DNA from: Bacteroidota bacterium
GTDB lineage: Bacteria; Bacteroidota; Ignavibacteria; UBA10030; UBA6906
NCBI GenBank assembly: GCA_036397975.1
Contig: DASWHW010000009.1
Location: 204-64,203 of the forward strand
Direction of reading: 5' to 3'
Length of the DNA stretch: 64,000 nucleotides
Part shown: positions 1-10,879 of the stretch, piece by piece
Numbering within the stretch: position 1 is the stretch's first letter
Layout: each line of letters starts with the position of its first letter
Translations under genes and position numbers: made by a program
The notes under the pieces: generated by a model
Told to the model about the DNA's origin: nothing
Databases searched by the model: none
What the model saw: the letters and a program-made list of their open reading frames with translations, nothing else

Positions 1-1953
1 GCTGAATTTTTCATCAATAAAAACAACACGAACGATGTCGCCGTATTTGTCACCAAAGAACATTTTTACGTTTGGGATTTTCCTCGCCTTATCGATGGGG
101 AGGTCGATCTCAGTTTGCACATTGACATTCTCACGAATTTTAGCGTTGACCATGTCTTCGATCGCACGGATTTCCTCCAGGGTGATTTTGCCAAAATGTG
201 GAAAATCGAATCGAAGATGGTCGGGTGCAACAAGCGATCCCTGCTGATGCACATGCGTTCCCAGGACGCGACGAAGAGCTTCATGGACGAGGTGTGTTGC
301 CGAGTGATTCCGTTGAATGTTGAGACGTCGGTCGGCTATGACGACGGCACGCGCACGTTTTCCGGCAGAAGGCGGCAAAGGAGAATCCAAAATCAGGACC
401 GATCCATTGGCTCCTTTGCGTGTACCAATAACGCTGTAGGATTTTCCTTCGACAGAAAGACTGCCGGTGTCACTTACCTGCCCGCCTGACTCAACATAAA
501 ATGGAGATGACTCCACGACAACCATGTTTTCCTTGGATGCGAGGACGACGGTGTCCGATTCCATTCGATCGTACCCAACGAATTTTGACATTACTCCAGC
601 AGGAAGATCGATGTCGGGTGCTTCTTTTCCGGAGATCGAGTCCGCCGCCATTGAGCCACCCTTACGTGATCGGTCACGCTGTTGATTCATCAACTCGTTG
701 AACGACGTAGTATCGACTTTGAAGCCACGCTCCTCCGCCATCAACTGAGTCAGATCCAATGGGAATCCGTAGGTATCGTATAACTTGAATGCTTCGTCGC
801 CAGGGAAGATTCCGGAATGTGCGGACGTAGCAACCGACTCAAAAATTTCCAAGCCCCGGTCCAGAGTTGCGTTGAATCCTTCCTCTTCCGCCTTAATCAC
901 CTTTTGGATATGTTCCAGTCCACTTTTGATTTCTGGAAACACATCCCCCATGGATTCAACAACTGCGGGCGATATCTTGAAGAGAAAAGGTTCATGCATC
1001 CCGAGATTCCGTCCAAAGCGCGCAGCGCGGCGAAGGATTCGACGAAGCACATATCCACGGCCCTCGTTCCCTGGAATTGCCCCATCAGCAATGGAGAAAG
1101 TTAGCATCCGAACATGGTCTGCAATGACTCTCATGGCGGTGTCCGCAGGAACGTCCAGCTTGTGGGAATACTCCTTACCAACAGTCTGGGCAATTCTGTT
1201 GATGATTGGCATGAACACATCGGTGTCGTAGTTCGAGCTTTTTTTCTGCAGGACAGCGCAAATTCGCTCAAACCCCATTCCCGTGTCCACGTGCTTCGCC
1301 GGTAGATTCTCGAGTTTCCCGGTTTCGTTCCGATTGTGTTGAATGAAGACGAGGTTCCAGATTTCCATGACCCTGGGATCCCCGGCATTCACGAGAGCTC
1401 CACCGGAGTGGTCGGCAGTCAAGTCAATGTGAATTTCGGAACAGGGCCCGCATGGCCCGGTCTCACCCATTTCCCAAAAATTATCTTTCTTGCCAAACCG
1501 GAGAACATGGGAGGGATCAATATCGGTAACGGTCTTCCAAAGATTCTCTGCTTCGTTATCCGTCTCGAAGACAGTTGCATACAAGCGACTCTTGTCAAGT
1601 CTCCATTCTTTCGTGAGTAGTTCCCATGCCCACTCGATCGCCTCCTTTTTGTAGTAGTCGCCAAATGACCAGTTGCCAAGCATTTCGAAAAATGTGTGAT
1701 GGTATGTATCACGGCCAACTTCTTCAAGGTCATTGTGCTTGCCGCTGACCCGGATACATTTCTGGGTATCGGCGGCACGAGAGTATTCCCGTGTGCCCGT
1801 CCCGAGAAACACATCCTTGAATTGATTCATCCCGGCGTTCGTAAACAGGAGGGATGAATCGCCATGAGGAATGACGGGTGTACTCGGCACAATCCGGTGG
1901 TTTCGTGCGGAGAAAAAATCCAGGAAGCTCTTTCGAATTTCAGAGGAAGTCAT
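1..1953 (-). CDS. alaS: alanine--tRNA ligase, N-terminal ~650 aa. Start codon is at 1953; the gene runs off the left edge of the window.
   Basis: Reverse-complement translation from the ATG at 1953 gives MTSSEIRKSFLDFFSARNHRIVPSTPVIPHGDSSLLFTNAGMNQFKDVFLGTG...HHTFFEMLGNWSFGDYYKKEAIEW, a textbook AlaRS catalytic core. The reading frame stays open to position 1. It is absent from the ORF track only because no stop codon lies inside the window. Confidence 0.9.
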   Translation of the reverse strand, partial: MTSSEIRKSFLDFFSARNHRIVPSTPVIPHGDSSLLFTNAGMNQFKDVFLGTGTREYSRAADTQKCIRVSGKHNDLEEVGRDTYHHTFFEMLGNWSFGDYYKKEAIEWAWELLTKEWRLDKSRLYATVFETDNEAENLWKTVTDIDPSHVLRFGKKDNFWEMGETGPCGPCSEIHIDLTADHSGGALVNAGDPRVMEIWNLVFIQHNRNETGKLENLPAKHVDTGMGFERICAVLQKKSSNYDTDVFMPIINRIAQTVGKEYSHKLDVPADTAMRVIADHVRMLTFSIADGAIPGNEGRGYVLRRILRRAARFGRNLGMHEPFLFKISPAVVESMGDVFPEIKSGLEHIQKVIKAEEEGFNATLDRGLEIFESVATSAHSGIFPGDEAFKLYDTYGFPLDLTQLMAEERGFKVDTTSFNELMNQQRDRSRKGGSMAADSISGKEAPDIDLPAGVMSKFVGYDRMESDTVVLASKENMVVVESSPFYVESGGQVSDTGSLSVEGKSYSVIGTRKGANGSVLILDSPLPPSAGKRARAVVIADRRLNIQRNHSATHLVHEALRRVLGTHVHQQGSLVAPDHLRFDFPHFGKITLEEIRAIEDMVNAKIRENVNVQTEIDLPIDKARKIPNVKMFFGDKYGDIVRVVFIDEKFS

Positions 1954-1998
1954 GAAAAACTGCCAATTGTGAGGTGAATGAGAGGGATTGAATCCGCC

Positions 1999-2316
1999 TC
2001 ACATTTCAATTTGAGTGACGAGACTGATTTCCTCCAGGATGCCACTGACTTCAATACATTTAACCATATCGCCGGTGTAAACCATAGCCTTGCCGTTCGT
2101 GTGTGCTTCAAGTGCTAGTGATTCGGCATGAGGTTCTGTGCATCGCAGAGCTTTCATTAGCTGGGTGATGACTTCTTCAAAGCTGTGGATATCGTCATTA
2201 AAGAGGATAACCTTTGCAGGTTCTTCGGTAACTACTTCTTCAGACTCTTCGTATTGCTCTAAAGGTCTTGATGTCATGCGGAGAAATATTTGTCTCCATG
2301 TTAAGAGATTTCTCAA
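1999..2316 (-). CDS. clpS: ATP-dependent Clp protease adaptor ClpS
   Basis: 105 aa, with the ClpS core motif VILFNDDIHSFEEVI and an appropriate size. The true start could be the internal Met (MTSRPLEQ), 14 codons downstream. Confidence 0.75.
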   Translation of the reverse strand: MRNLLTWRQIFLRMTSRPLEQYEESEEVVTEEPAKVILFNDDIHSFEEVITQLMKALRCTEPHAESLALEAHTNGKAMVYTGDMVKCIEVSGILEEISLVTQIEM

Positions 2317-2382
2317 AATTAAGGATTTGGGTTATCTATTGCAACCAACGTTCTGGACATTGAATAGTATCGATCCTCTCGG

Positions 2383-2410
2383 ATCGTTGACTTGCACACA
2401 TGTCGGGGTA
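2383..2410 (+). promoter_or_regulatory. candidate sigma-70-type promoter upstream of the aconitase gene (TTGACT-16 nt-TATGGT)
   Basis: A -35-like TTGACT and a -10-like TATGGT with 16-nt spacing lie about 55 nt upstream of the ATG at 2467. This is pattern matching only. Confidence 0.25.
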
Positions 2411-2466
2411 TGGTTATATTGTGACGGCTTTTTGGTTGTTAGCATCTTTGATGAAGGATAATCCAA

Positions 2467-4902
2467 ATGATTTTCGATCTTGATTTGATTAAGAAGTTGT
2501 ACAGCGGTTTACCGTCACGAGTACGGGCTGCGCGTGAGCTTGTGGGGAGACCTTTGACCTTGACAGAAAAGATTCTCTATGCACACCTTACCGCTACAAC
2601 GAGCGAACCAGCGGAACGGGGCAAGACCTATACAGAGTTTTCACCTGATCGTGTCGCGATGCAGGATGCAACGGCGCAGATGGCGTTGCTTCAATTCATG
2701 TCCGCAGGGATTCCTCAGGTTGCAGTGCCCAGTACAGTTCACTGCGATCACCTAATTCAGGCGCAGATAGGCGCTCGAGAAGATCTTGCCCAAGCGTTTT
2801 CAGATAACAAAGAGGTGTTCGACTTTTTGGCTGGTGTTTCGAGCAAGCACGGGATTGGGTTCTGGATGCCTGGTGCTGGAATTATTCACCAGGTTGTCAT
2901 TGAGAACTATGCGTTTCCGGGTGGAATGATGATTGGAACAGACTCGCACACTCCCAATGCCGGAGGACTGGGCATGGTTGCAATCGGCGTGGGTGGGGCA
3001 GATGCGGTGGATGTTATGGCCGGGATGCCCTGGGAGTTGAAGTTCCCAAGAATTATCGGAGTCAAGCTAACTGGCTCACTTCGCGGATGGACGTCTCCCA
3101 AAGACGTGATTCTGAAAGTGGCAGGAATACTCACGGTGAAAGGGGGGACGGGGGCGATTGTCGAGTATTTTGGTGAAGGGACGAAGTCCATTTCCTGCAC
3201 CGGTAAGGGGACAATCTGCAACATGGGTGCCGAAATTGGTGCGACAACATCGATTTTCCCTTATGATTCGCGAATGGCTGACTACCTTCGTGCAACCGGC
3301 CGATCTGAGGTAGCGCGTCTGGCCGATGCGGTTGCTGAACACCTTCAGCCTGATCCGGAGATACTTTCCACGCCACAGGAGTACTACGATCAGGTCATAG
3401 AAATAAACTTGTCCGACCTTGAACCAATGGTCAATGGACCGTTTTCACCCGATCGGGCGTGGAAGCTTTCAGAGTTTGCACAGGCGGTCCGAACCAACAA
3501 TTATCCTGAAGAACTCCGTGTCGCTCTGATCGGCAGCTGCACGAATTCGAGCTACGAGGATATCGAACGATCAACCAGTGTTGCCCGCCAGGCTCTTGCC
3601 AAGGGGTTGCGTACACGTTCCGAATTCACCATCACACCGGGTTCAGAGCAGGTGCGGGCAACGATAGAACGCGATGGTCACCTGAAAGTCCTAACCGACG
3701 TTGGAGGTCTGGTCCTTGCCAATGCCTGCGGACCTTGTATCGGTCAATGGAAACGGCATGACGTGAAGAAAGGGGACAAGAACTCGATCATTACTTCATT
3801 CAACAGAAACTTTGCAGGCAGGAACGACGCCAATCCAGACACGCACGCGTTCGTGGCAAGCCCGGAGATTGTCACTGCGTTTGCGCTCGCCGGAAAACTG
3901 ACATTCAACCCACTTACCGATTCTCTGATCAATGATCACGGAGAGTCGGTGAAGCTCGATCCGCCAACGGGAGATGAACTGCCGTCGAACGGTTTCACTC
4001 CGGGCGAGAGTGGATTCGTACCTCCGGCGAAATCAGGGAGAAAAGTGAATGTACAAATCTCGCCTACGAGTGATAGACTGCAAGCTCTCGCTCCGTTTGC
4101 TCCTTGGAACGGGAAGGATCTTGTCGATCTCGCGGTATTGGTAAAGGCGAAGGGGAAGTGCACCACCGACCATATTTCGCCTGCCGGAAAGTGGCTGAAG
4201 TACCGAGGGCATCTCGATAATATTTCTAACAACATGTTTAGCGGTGCAGTCAATGCTTTTTCGGGGGAGATCGGTCGTGGACAAAATGTTCTTGCCGGTG
4301 AAGTAAAGGAGTTCTCCGCTGTTGCGCGCGAGTACAAGCAACAGAATATCGGGTGGGTTGCTATCGGAGACGAAAACTATGGAGAGGGTTCAAGTAGAGA
4401 GCATGCGGCGATGGAACCTCGCTGGCTTGGTGCGAAGGCGATCATTGTCAAAAGTTTTGCCCGCATTCATGAATCGAACCTGAAGAAGCAGGGAGTGCTT
4501 CCGCTGACGTTTGTTGATCCGAATGATTATGATAAAGTTCGAGAAGACGACAGAGTATCCATTGTGGGACTGAACACGTTTGCGCCGGGCATAGCGCTTC
4601 GAATGCTGCTCAAACATTCGGACGGCTCGATTGACGAGTGTTTGCTGAACCACACGTTCAACGACAATCAAATACGATGGTTTAGAGCCGGCAGCGCTTT
4701 GAACCTAATCGCGGCTGAACAACAGAGGATGAAGAGGATCAAGCCTGCAAAGAAATCCAAAGCTACGAAGAGGAGCGGGAAACCGGTCAAGAAGAGGGCT
4801 GCGAAAGCAAGGGTGACAAAGAAAACCGTTAAGGCGAAAGTTCGGGTTACCCGTGGGCGGCCTGTGAAGAAAGCCGCAAGGAACCAACGACGAAGAAAAT
4901 AG
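2467..4902 (+). CDS. acn: aconitate hydratase (aconitase family, about 750-aa catalytic body) with a C-terminal Lys/Ala/Arg-rich basic extension
   Basis: 811 aa. The body shows the aconitase fold, including the [10 protein letters not shown] and NRNFAGRN motifs. The last ~60 residues are [53 protein letters not shown]. Confidence 0.85.
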   Translation: MIFDLDLIKKLYSGLPSRVRAARELVGRPLTLTEKILYAHLTATTSEPAERGKTYTEFSPDRVAMQDATAQMALLQFMSAGIPQVAVPSTVHCDHLIQAQIGAREDLAQAFSDNKEVFDFLAGVSSKHGIGFWMPGAGIIHQVVIENYAFPGGMMIGTDSHTPNAGGLGMVAIGVGGADAVDVMAGMPWELKFPRIIGVKLTGSLRGWTSPKDVILKVAGILTVKGGTGAIVEYFGEGTKSISCTGKGTICNMGAEIGATTSIFPYDSRMADYLRATGRSEVARLADAVAEHLQPDPEILSTPQEYYDQVIEINLSDLEPMVNGPFSPDRAWKLSEFAQAVRTNNYPEELRVALIGSCTNSSYEDIERSTSVARQALAKGLRTRSEFTITPGSEQVRATIERDGHLKVLTDVGGLVLANACGPCIGQWKRHDVKKGDKNSIITSFNRNFAGRNDANPDTHAFVASPEIVTAFALAGKLTFNPLTDSLINDHGESVKLDPPTGDELPSNGFTPGESGFVPPAKSGRKVNVQISPTSDRLQALAPFAPWNGKDLVDLAVLVKAKGKCTTDHISPAGKWLKYRGHLDNISNNMFSGAVNAFSGEIGRGQNVLAGEVKEFSAVAREYKQQNIGWVAIGDENYGEGSSREHAAMEPRWLGAKAIIVKSFARIHESNLKKQGVLPLTFVDPNDYDKVREDDRVSIVGLNTFAPGIALRMLLKHSDGSIDECLLNHTFNDNQIRWFRAGSALNLIAAEQQRMKRIKPAKKSKATKRSGKPVKKRAAKARVTKKTVKAKVRVTRGRPVKKAARNQRRRK

Positions 4903-4956
4903 GTTAGGAAGATCAACGAGACAGAACGCACACTTACAAGAAAGGGATAAACAAGA

Positions 4957-5400
4957 ATGCGATATAATGAAATGATGATCAAGCCGTTCCGCGAGGATTT
5001 AACTCGAATCGGCTTTCGTGAGTTGCGCGCTGCCGCGGATGTTGATAAAGCCGTCAAGGAGGAGAAAGGGACGAATCTCGTTGTTATTAACTCAGTCTGT
5101 GGCTGTGCGGCAGGGAAAGCGCGACCGGGGATTGCCATGGCTCTTCAACAATCAGACATCAAGCCAGACCACCTCACGACGGTGTTTGCAGGTGCAGATA
5201 TAGAGGCGACTGCACGTCTGCGGGAAATTCTCGGCAATATTCCGCCTTCATCCCCATCGATCGCAATGTTCAAGGATGGCGCGCTCGTGCACTTTGTTCC
5301 TCGTTTTCAAATTGAGAACAGGGATGCAACGCAGATCGCCGAACATCTGAAAGGTGCATTTCAGGAGTTCTTTGGAGCAGAGGCGGGAGTTCAGAAGTAA
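4957..5400 (+). CDS. bacilliredoxin (YphP/YqiW, DUF1094, thioredoxin-like with CGC active site)
   Basis: 147 aa, with the INSVCGCAAG motif diagnostic of BrxA/BrxB-type bacilliredoxins. Confidence 0.7.
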   Translation: MRYNEMMIKPFREDLTRIGFRELRAAADVDKAVKEEKGTNLVVINSVCGCAAGKARPGIAMALQQSDIKPDHLTTVFAGADIEATARLREILGNIPPSSPSIAMFKDGALVHFVPRFQIENRDATQIAEHLKGAFQEFFGAEAGVQK

Positions 5401-5467
5401 AGTAAGAGATCAGAAACTATGGAGGTGTCCAAAGGGCACCCTGCTGATTTTGTAAGCATGAAATAAG

Positions 5468-5506
5468 AAGCCCCTCGGTTCTGGCCGAGGGGCTTTGTTT
5501 TTCTTG
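5468..5506. terminator. bidirectional rho-independent terminator between convergent genes
   Basis: GC stem gaagcccctcgg / ccgaggggctt with a 5-nt loop, followed by tttgttttt. A-rich on the opposite side. Confidence 0.65.
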
Positions 5507-5515
5507 AGATTCAGA

Positions 5516-8500
5516 TTAGAACGTATATCGAACCCCGAGCTGTGCCTGCCAGCGTGAGAAGATGTTGTCCGGGACGAATGGATCGCTCAGCCCCTGCCAC
5601 TGATACCGAGGCTTGCCATAGTTGGCGCCAGGTGTCGTCTCAATGCTGTGGAAGGAAAGAAGGTTTACTGTTTGATTCACTCCAACATTCCTTTGCCATC
5701 CCCAATCGCTATTGAGCAGATTCAAGACATTGAGTACATCAAAGGTGATCTCAATTCTTTGTCCCGCAACAGTAGGGATTTCTTGAGCAAGTCGGAGGTC
5801 AATCTGGTGACCCCATGGTTCGCTCGGGCCTGATCGCTCTGAGATCTTTCCCTTGTTGTCCTTCAGATAGTCATCCCCATTGATGTACCCCATCAACGCA
5901 GCATATGCTGGATCCGTAGGCGGGAGGACGGTTCCTGATGAATTTACAAGAATAATGTCATTGGCATCCCGCGGAATGTACGGAAGGTCGTTGTCGCTTC
6001 GTCCGTCACCGTTTACATCCCCACTTACGAGATAGGAAAACCGACGACCCGACTGACCATTATAGAAAACGCCAAGCGTTGTTGCGAGTCCATTCCAGTC
6101 CCAATCAAAACGATAAGATACAGTCGCAATGATACGATGTGTTCGGTCGTATTGGGAGAAGCTCAGCTGTGGAATATTAGGATTACCCTCTGTCGGGTTG
6201 AATCTCCATCCCGAGCTTGCAGTTGCAGAGTTTCCACTGTTTATGTCTTTAGCTCGACCCCACGTATACGAGGCGAACCCGTTGAGGCCGTCAGGGGCGT
6301 TGCGCTCCACCTTGACAGTAATGTTGGCATTGCTCCCTTGATCGGTGTTCTTGATGAGAAATGCACCGGGCGAGAACTGATTGTCAACCCACACCGTGGA
6401 ATAACGTCGGGTGGCAGGGCTGTAAGTGCCCCATACCGGACGATTTTCTCCGGCGAGCACGCCACCAGCGGTCAACGGACCCTGTCCCGAAACTACACCG
6501 GCGTTGTCCTGTTGGCCCTTCAGGTTAATGTTCTGATACACAATGTCATTTTGTGTGGTGGAGAAGATCCCTTCCAATGTTGCCGTGAAATACTCCGGTA
6601 GTTTGTAATCAAACGCAAGGTCGTATCGGATGATTGACGGCGCTTTGAAATTGCGATCCGTAATGTCAACTTCAGCGGTGGTGCTCGACGGAGGCAGTTT
6701 TGCCTGGCCATTCGGATCGGGGTTAAACATCGCCGGTCGTGTGGTCACCGTGAAGAAATCAACGCCCGTGTTGCTATACTGGTTCGACACCCATACGTAG
6801 GGAAAACGACCGTAAAATATTCCAGCACCGCCTCGTATTTGAGCTGTCCTCTCTTCATCCAACGCCCAGTTGAAACCGAGGCGGGGTGAAACTGCTACCG
6901 TCGTCTTCGGCGTTTCATCAGTGCGCAGTCCGAAGCTCGAATCAAACCGTGCGTTGTAGTTCGGTTTGTCAGGATATGTTGGGATATCAAACCGTACACC
7001 GCCCGTGATCTTTAGGTCAGGATCTACCTGCCATTCATCCTGTGCGTAGAACCCAAATTGATTTGCTCCCCAGCCGGCTCTCTGAAGTGGATCCGCCGTC
7101 GCTGAGTACCTGAACGAATAGGAGGAGGGAGATGTGTTCGCAAGAAATTCGGCGATAGAGTTATAATTGTATACGCCGAAATTGTCATTGATAAAGAGAT
7201 TATCAAAATTCAAGATATCAAGCTTTGCCCCGACGATCACTGTGTGATCTTGCAGATACCACGATAGATTATTTGTAATTTCGAAATACTTCTGGCCCAA
7301 CTCGTTACGGTGGCGGAACTGTTCAGAACCGAGTACCAAGGTCTGTGTCCTCATATCTGCGGCGGAAGGATTGCTGGTTCTTATGTAGAGTGTCGGGAAG
7401 GGAGATCCGTAATAGAGGGGGTTATCAAACTGATCTACATAGCCGAGAGTCAATTCGTTTGAAATCTCGTTACTGAAGATGCTCGAAAGTTGCAATGCAA
7501 GAGAATGCGTTTTGTTATCAAGTTTATAACGTCCGTTTGCAGCATAGATATCGGTTGGCGCTCTTCCCCGGGAGGGCGTATTATCCTCTGTCGACCGAAG
7601 GAAATTCCAGCGGGCGGTTAGTTTGTGCCCCTGGCTAAGGTTATAATCCAAACGCAAGAACACCTTGTCGCTCTCTCGTATAGGACTAATGTTTGTCCAC
7701 GATCCCGGGTCATACCCGTATTGGCTCATAAGGTAGTTCGTGAGAAGATTCAAAGAGTCCTGAATGACTGTGTATGAATTCGTGCCTATAGTCTGACTAC
7801 CGAATGTTCTAGCGAACGGCTGCTCAAAGCGTGTGATTTCACCGTTCGCAAAGAAGAACAACTTGTCTTCGACGATTGGTCCACCGATGCGGCCACCGAG
7901 CTGGTAGTCGGAGAAACCGTCTAGTTTCTTCTTCAGCGTGTCCGGACTTTTGCCGGCAAAACCCTCGCTTCGCCCAAAATAAAAGGCGGAGCCTTTGTAC
8001 TGATTAGTACCTCCTCGTGTGATTGCATTAATCCCAGCACCCGTAAAACCAGATTGTCTGACATCATAAGGGGAAACAACGATTTGAAACTCCTCAATCG
8101 CATCCAAGCTGATTGGGGTTACATTCGACTGTCCAGCCGGCGCACCGGTACCTCCAAGACCAAATAGATCGTTGAAGTTTGCTCCGTCGATCTGGATGTT
8201 GTTGTACTTTGAATTACGCCCCAAAGCGTTTCCGCCTGCTGAACCGGAAACAGATGAACCGGACAGGTATGGCGACAACTTGTAATAGTCCTGGAAGTTT
8301 CGTGAGATGGACGGGAGTCGATCAATCTGTCCACGAGAGACGTTCGTTGCAGCACCCGTCGTTGAAGAACTGAAGAGGGCATTTTGCTGACCGACGACAA
8401 CTACCTCCTGTCCTTGCACCGCTTCTTCCGAAAGCTGAAAATCCAACTCAAGATTTTGAGAGAGTTGCAAACTTACGCCTTCTCGAACCTGCGTGGAGTA

Positions 8501-8779
8501 TCCGAGGTATGATGCTGTTACGGTGTACGGTCCACCTACGCGAAGATTCGGCACATTGTAGCGTCCGTCGTTGCGGGAACTCGTGCCATAGGTAGTGCCG
8601 CTCGGTACGTGAACGGCAACGATGTTTGCTCCCGGAAGGGGTTGACCGGCGGCATCACTAACTAGCCCGTTGATGGCCGCACTGGTGATGCCTTGGGCAT
8701 AGAGCCCTGAGGCGCAGAACAGCGTAAGGAGAGCAAACGCTGCCATGTGTGAACACGATGAAGTAACATTAGTCTTCAT
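5516..8779 (-). CDS. TonB-dependent outer-membrane receptor with N-terminal carboxypeptidase-regulatory-like domain
   Basis: 1087 aa, with a signal peptide (MKTNVTSSC...LFCASGLYAQG). The composition is beta-strand-rich and Gly/Asn/Tyr-rich. The C-terminus ends ...QLGVRYTF with a terminal aromatic residue, typical of TonB-dependent receptors. Confidence 0.75.
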   Translation of the reverse strand: MKTNVTSSCSHMAAFALLTLFCASGLYAQGITSAAINGLVSDAAGQPLPGANIVAVHVPSGTTYGTSSRNDGRYNVPNLRVGGPYTVTASYLGYSTQVREGVSLQLSQNLELDFQLSEEAVQGQEVVVVGQQNALFSSSTTGAATNVSRGQIDRLPSISRNFQDYYKLSPYLSGSSVSGSAGGNALGRNSKYNNIQIDGANFNDLFGLGGTGAPAGQSNVTPISLDAIEEFQIVVSPYDVRQSGFTGAGINAITRGGTNQYKGSAFYFGRSEGFAGKSPDTLKKKLDGFSDYQLGGRIGGPIVEDKLFFFANGEITRFEQPFARTFGSQTIGTNSYTVIQDSLNLLTNYLMSQYGYDPGSWTNISPIRESDKVFLRLDYNLSQGHKLTARWNFLRSTEDNTPSRGRAPTDIYAANGRYKLDNKTHSLALQLSSIFSNEISNELTLGYVDQFDNPLYYGSPFPTLYIRTSNPSAADMRTQTLVLGSEQFRHRNELGQKYFEITNNLSWYLQDHTVIVGAKLDILNFDNLFINDNFGVYNYNSIAEFLANTSPSSYSFRYSATADPLQRAGWGANQFGFYAQDEWQVDPDLKITGGVRFDIPTYPDKPNYNARFDSSFGLRTDETPKTTVAVSPRLGFNWALDEERTAQIRGGAGIFYGRFPYVWVSNQYSNTGVDFFTVTTRPAMFNPDPNGQAKLPPSSTTAEVDITDRNFKAPSIIRYDLAFDYKLPEYFTATLEGIFSTTQNDIVYQNINLKGQQDNAGVVSGQGPLTAGGVLAGENRPVWGTYSPATRRYSTVWVDNQFSPGAFLIKNTDQGSNANITVKVERNAPDGLNGFASYTWGRAKDINSGNSATASSGWRFNPTEGNPNIPQLSFSQYDRTHRIIATVSYRFDWDWNGLATTLGVFYNGQSGRRFSYLVSGDVNGDGRSDNDLPYIPRDANDIILVNSSGTVLPPTDPAYAALMGYINGDDYLKDNKGKISERSGPSEPWGHQIDLRLAQEIPTVAGQRIEITFDVLNVLNLLNSDWGWQRNVGVNQTVNLLSFHSIETTPGANYGKPRYQWQGLSDPFVPDNIFSRWQAQLGVRYTF

Positions 8780-9017
8780 GAGTGTGTCCTTTTTGGATAA
8801 TTGGGTAAATGGTGATTAGGTTTGGAACGAAAGAAGCATCGAAACTCGGATCGAATAGATTCTCTTCGGCGTGAAGGAACCTTGGTTATCTGCCGAACTG
8901 CGGATCAATCATAACACTTTTTTCCTCAGCACTCAAGATTTTTTTTCATACGCACTCCTTCTTTGGGCGCCCGTTCCGCGTCTCGTGCGCAAATATTAAA
9001 CAGCAAATTTCCCGAGT

Positions 9018-10274
9018 TTACGACATGTTTTTGATAATAGCATCTCCGAACTCGGAGCATTTCAGTTCCTTGGCACCTTCCATAAGTCTTGCGAAATCAT
9101 ATGTAACTGTCTTCGAACGAATCGTCCGGTCGAGGGCCGAAAGAATAAGATCGGCGGCTCCAGACCAGCCCATATATCGAAGCATCATTTCCCCACTAAG
9201 TATCAGAGACCCTGGATTAACTTTGTCCTGCCCGGTATATTTTGGCGCAGTACCGTGCGTAGCTTCGAAAATAGCATGCCCGGACATATAATTGATGTTT
9301 CCTCCCGGGGCGATCCCGATTCCGCCAACCTGCGCTGCTAACGCGTCGGAAAGATAGTCGCCATTCAGATTGAGGGTAGCAATAACGTCAAATTCATCAG
9401 GTCTTGTCAGGATTTGCTGGAGGAAGGCGTCTGCAATTGCATCCTTGATGAGCACTTTTCCAGCAGGAGGCTTTCCTCCACACTCCTCCCATGAAACCAC
9501 CTTATCCGAAAACTCGGCTTTTGCCAGCGCATATCCCCAATCTCTGAAGGCTCCCTCTGTGAACTTCATGATATTCCCTTTGTGAACCAGGGTAACGGAT
9601 TCTCTTTTGTTGAGGATCGCATATTCAATCGCGGCCCGAATAAGACGCTCGCTTCCTTCCTTCGAGACCGGTTTGATACCAATGCTGGAGGTCTCGGGGA
9701 ATCGAATCTTCTTTACTCCCATCTCTTTCTGCAGCCAATCAACCACCTTCTTTACTTCAGGCGTGCCGGATTTCCATTCGATGCCGGCATAGATATCCTC
9801 CGTGTTTTCACGGAAAATCACCATATCAATCTTTTCCGGGTGCTTTACAGGTGATGGGACGCCGGAGAAATATTGGACTGGTCGGAGACAAACGTACAAA
9901 TCGAGTTGTTGACGCAAGGACACATTAATAGAGCGAATACCGCCCCCAACCGGCGTGGTTAACGGGCCCTTAATGGCGATAGTAAACTCTCGGATAGCGC
10001 TAAGAGTGTCTTCGGGTAGCCATGTTCCCTCTCCATATTTATCGTTCGCCTTCTCTCCGGCAAAAATCTCAAACCACACAATGGATCGCTTGCCTTGATA
10101 TGCTTGATACACTGCGGCATCGAATACCTTCCGTGATGCCTTCCAAATATCAGGGCCGGTGCCATCTCCTTCGATAAAGGGGATGATAGGATGGTCCGGA
10201 ACACGAAGCTGGCCTTTGGAATAGGTGATCTTCTCGCCGGTCGTTGGTAAGTTAAGTTTGGAGTATTTTATCAT
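9018..10274 (-). CDS. icd: isocitrate dehydrogenase (NADP-dependent, prokaryotic homodimeric type)
   Basis: 418 aa. MIKYSKL...[29 protein letters not shown]...[25 protein letters not shown] matches E. coli-type Icd. Confidence 0.9.
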   Translation of the reverse strand: MIKYSKLNLPTTGEKITYSKGQLRVPDHPIIPFIEGDGTGPDIWKASRKVFDAAVYQAYQGKRSIVWFEIFAGEKANDKYGEGTWLPEDTLSAIREFTIAIKGPLTTPVGGGIRSINVSLRQQLDLYVCLRPVQYFSGVPSPVKHPEKIDMVIFRENTEDIYAGIEWKSGTPEVKKVVDWLQKEMGVKKIRFPETSSIGIKPVSKEGSERLIRAAIEYAILNKRESVTLVHKGNIMKFTEGAFRDWGYALAKAEFSDKVVSWEECGGKPPAGKVLIKDAIADAFLQQILTRPDEFDVIATLNLNGDYLSDALAAQVGGIGIAPGGNINYMSGHAIFEATHGTAPKYTGQDKVNPGSLILSGEMMLRYMGWSGAADLILSALDRTIRSKTVTYDFARLMEGAKELKCSEFGDAIIKNMS

Positions 10275-10280
10275 AGGTCT

Positions 10281-10712
10281 CTAACCATTGGTCTTTCGTT
10301 GTTGTTGAATTATGTCCCGGATGCGTGCTCCATATCGAGAAGCATCGCCGTCCTGATATTTCTTCAGTTTGAGGACGAAACGGATATCGTCACCCGGATA
10401 ACGTGGGGTTATGTGAAGATGAAAGTGAAACACAGATTGTCCTGCGATTCTTCCGTTGTTTGAGAAGATGTTGAAGCCCTCCAAGCCAAGCGATTCGACG
10501 AGTCCGCGAGCAACAACCTGTCCGACCTGCATCACTCGTGTAAGGTCCGGCTCAGGGAGTGCGAGAAAATCGATGCAGTGCCGTTTGGGGATGATAAGTG
10601 CATGACCATAATGTATTGGATTGATATCGAGTATAGCGATCGATAATTCGTTTTCGTACAGAAACTCGGCTGGAGTCTTCTTATTGATAATATCGCAGAA
10701 AATGCACTGCAT
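10281..10712 (-). CDS. HIT family hydrolase (histidine triad protein)
   Basis: Core GHALIIPKRH...HFHLHITPR with the HxHxH-type histidine triad. The ORF track extends it to 10808, but MQCIFCDII at 10712 is the likely start. Confidence 0.8.
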   Translation of the reverse strand: MQCIFCDIINKKTPAEFLYENELSIAILDINPIHYGHALIIPKRHCIDFLALPEPDLTRVMQVGQVVARGLVESLGLEGFNIFSNNGRIAGQSVFHFHLHITPRYPGDDIRFVLKLKKYQDGDASRYGARIRDIIQQQRKTNG

Positions 10713-10862
10713 GTGCTTAGTAGTTCGGGTGGGATCAGGTGATTGCAAAGTACTTGCTTGCGCCGGCGTGGTCGGTCTTCGGTGTCTTGCGTGATGGTGG
10801 AGCAACATGTTTATTCTTCAATCCCATTCTACCAAAAACGCTCTCGAAAGTCAATGCAGGGC

Positions 10863-10879
10863 AAGGCCGATTTCTTGCA
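10863..10879 (+). promoter_or_regulatory. candidate sigma-54 (-24/-12) promoter upstream of the TPR lipoprotein gene
   Basis: aGGccgatttcTTGCAt. The GG and GC are separated by 10 nt as in TGGCAC-N5-TTGCA, and the -12 TTGCA element is perfect. It lies about 90 nt upstream of the ATG at 10967. rpoN is present in this window. Confidence 0.25.

Noticed and set aside
35-1814. Several plus- and minus-strand ORFs of 60-150 aa in the first 1.9 kb (for example 115-489, 785-1231, 1419-1814)
   Set aside because: They are alternative-frame or antisense ORFs inside the alaS coding region. The continuous alaS frame (start at 1953) explains the region.
10713-10808. N-terminal extension of the HIT ORF (MLLHHHARHRRPTT...)
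   Set aside because: It is a low-complexity, Arg/His/Pro/Thr-rich extension upstream of a good internal Met (MQCIF). It is probably an ORF-caller artefact. The same applies to the upstream extensions of rplI (to 51322), rsmB (from 37844), the CPBP protease (from 31458), the M14 peptidase (to 58184), korB (to 48759), recX (to 62441) and the DUF3999 gene (to 63835).
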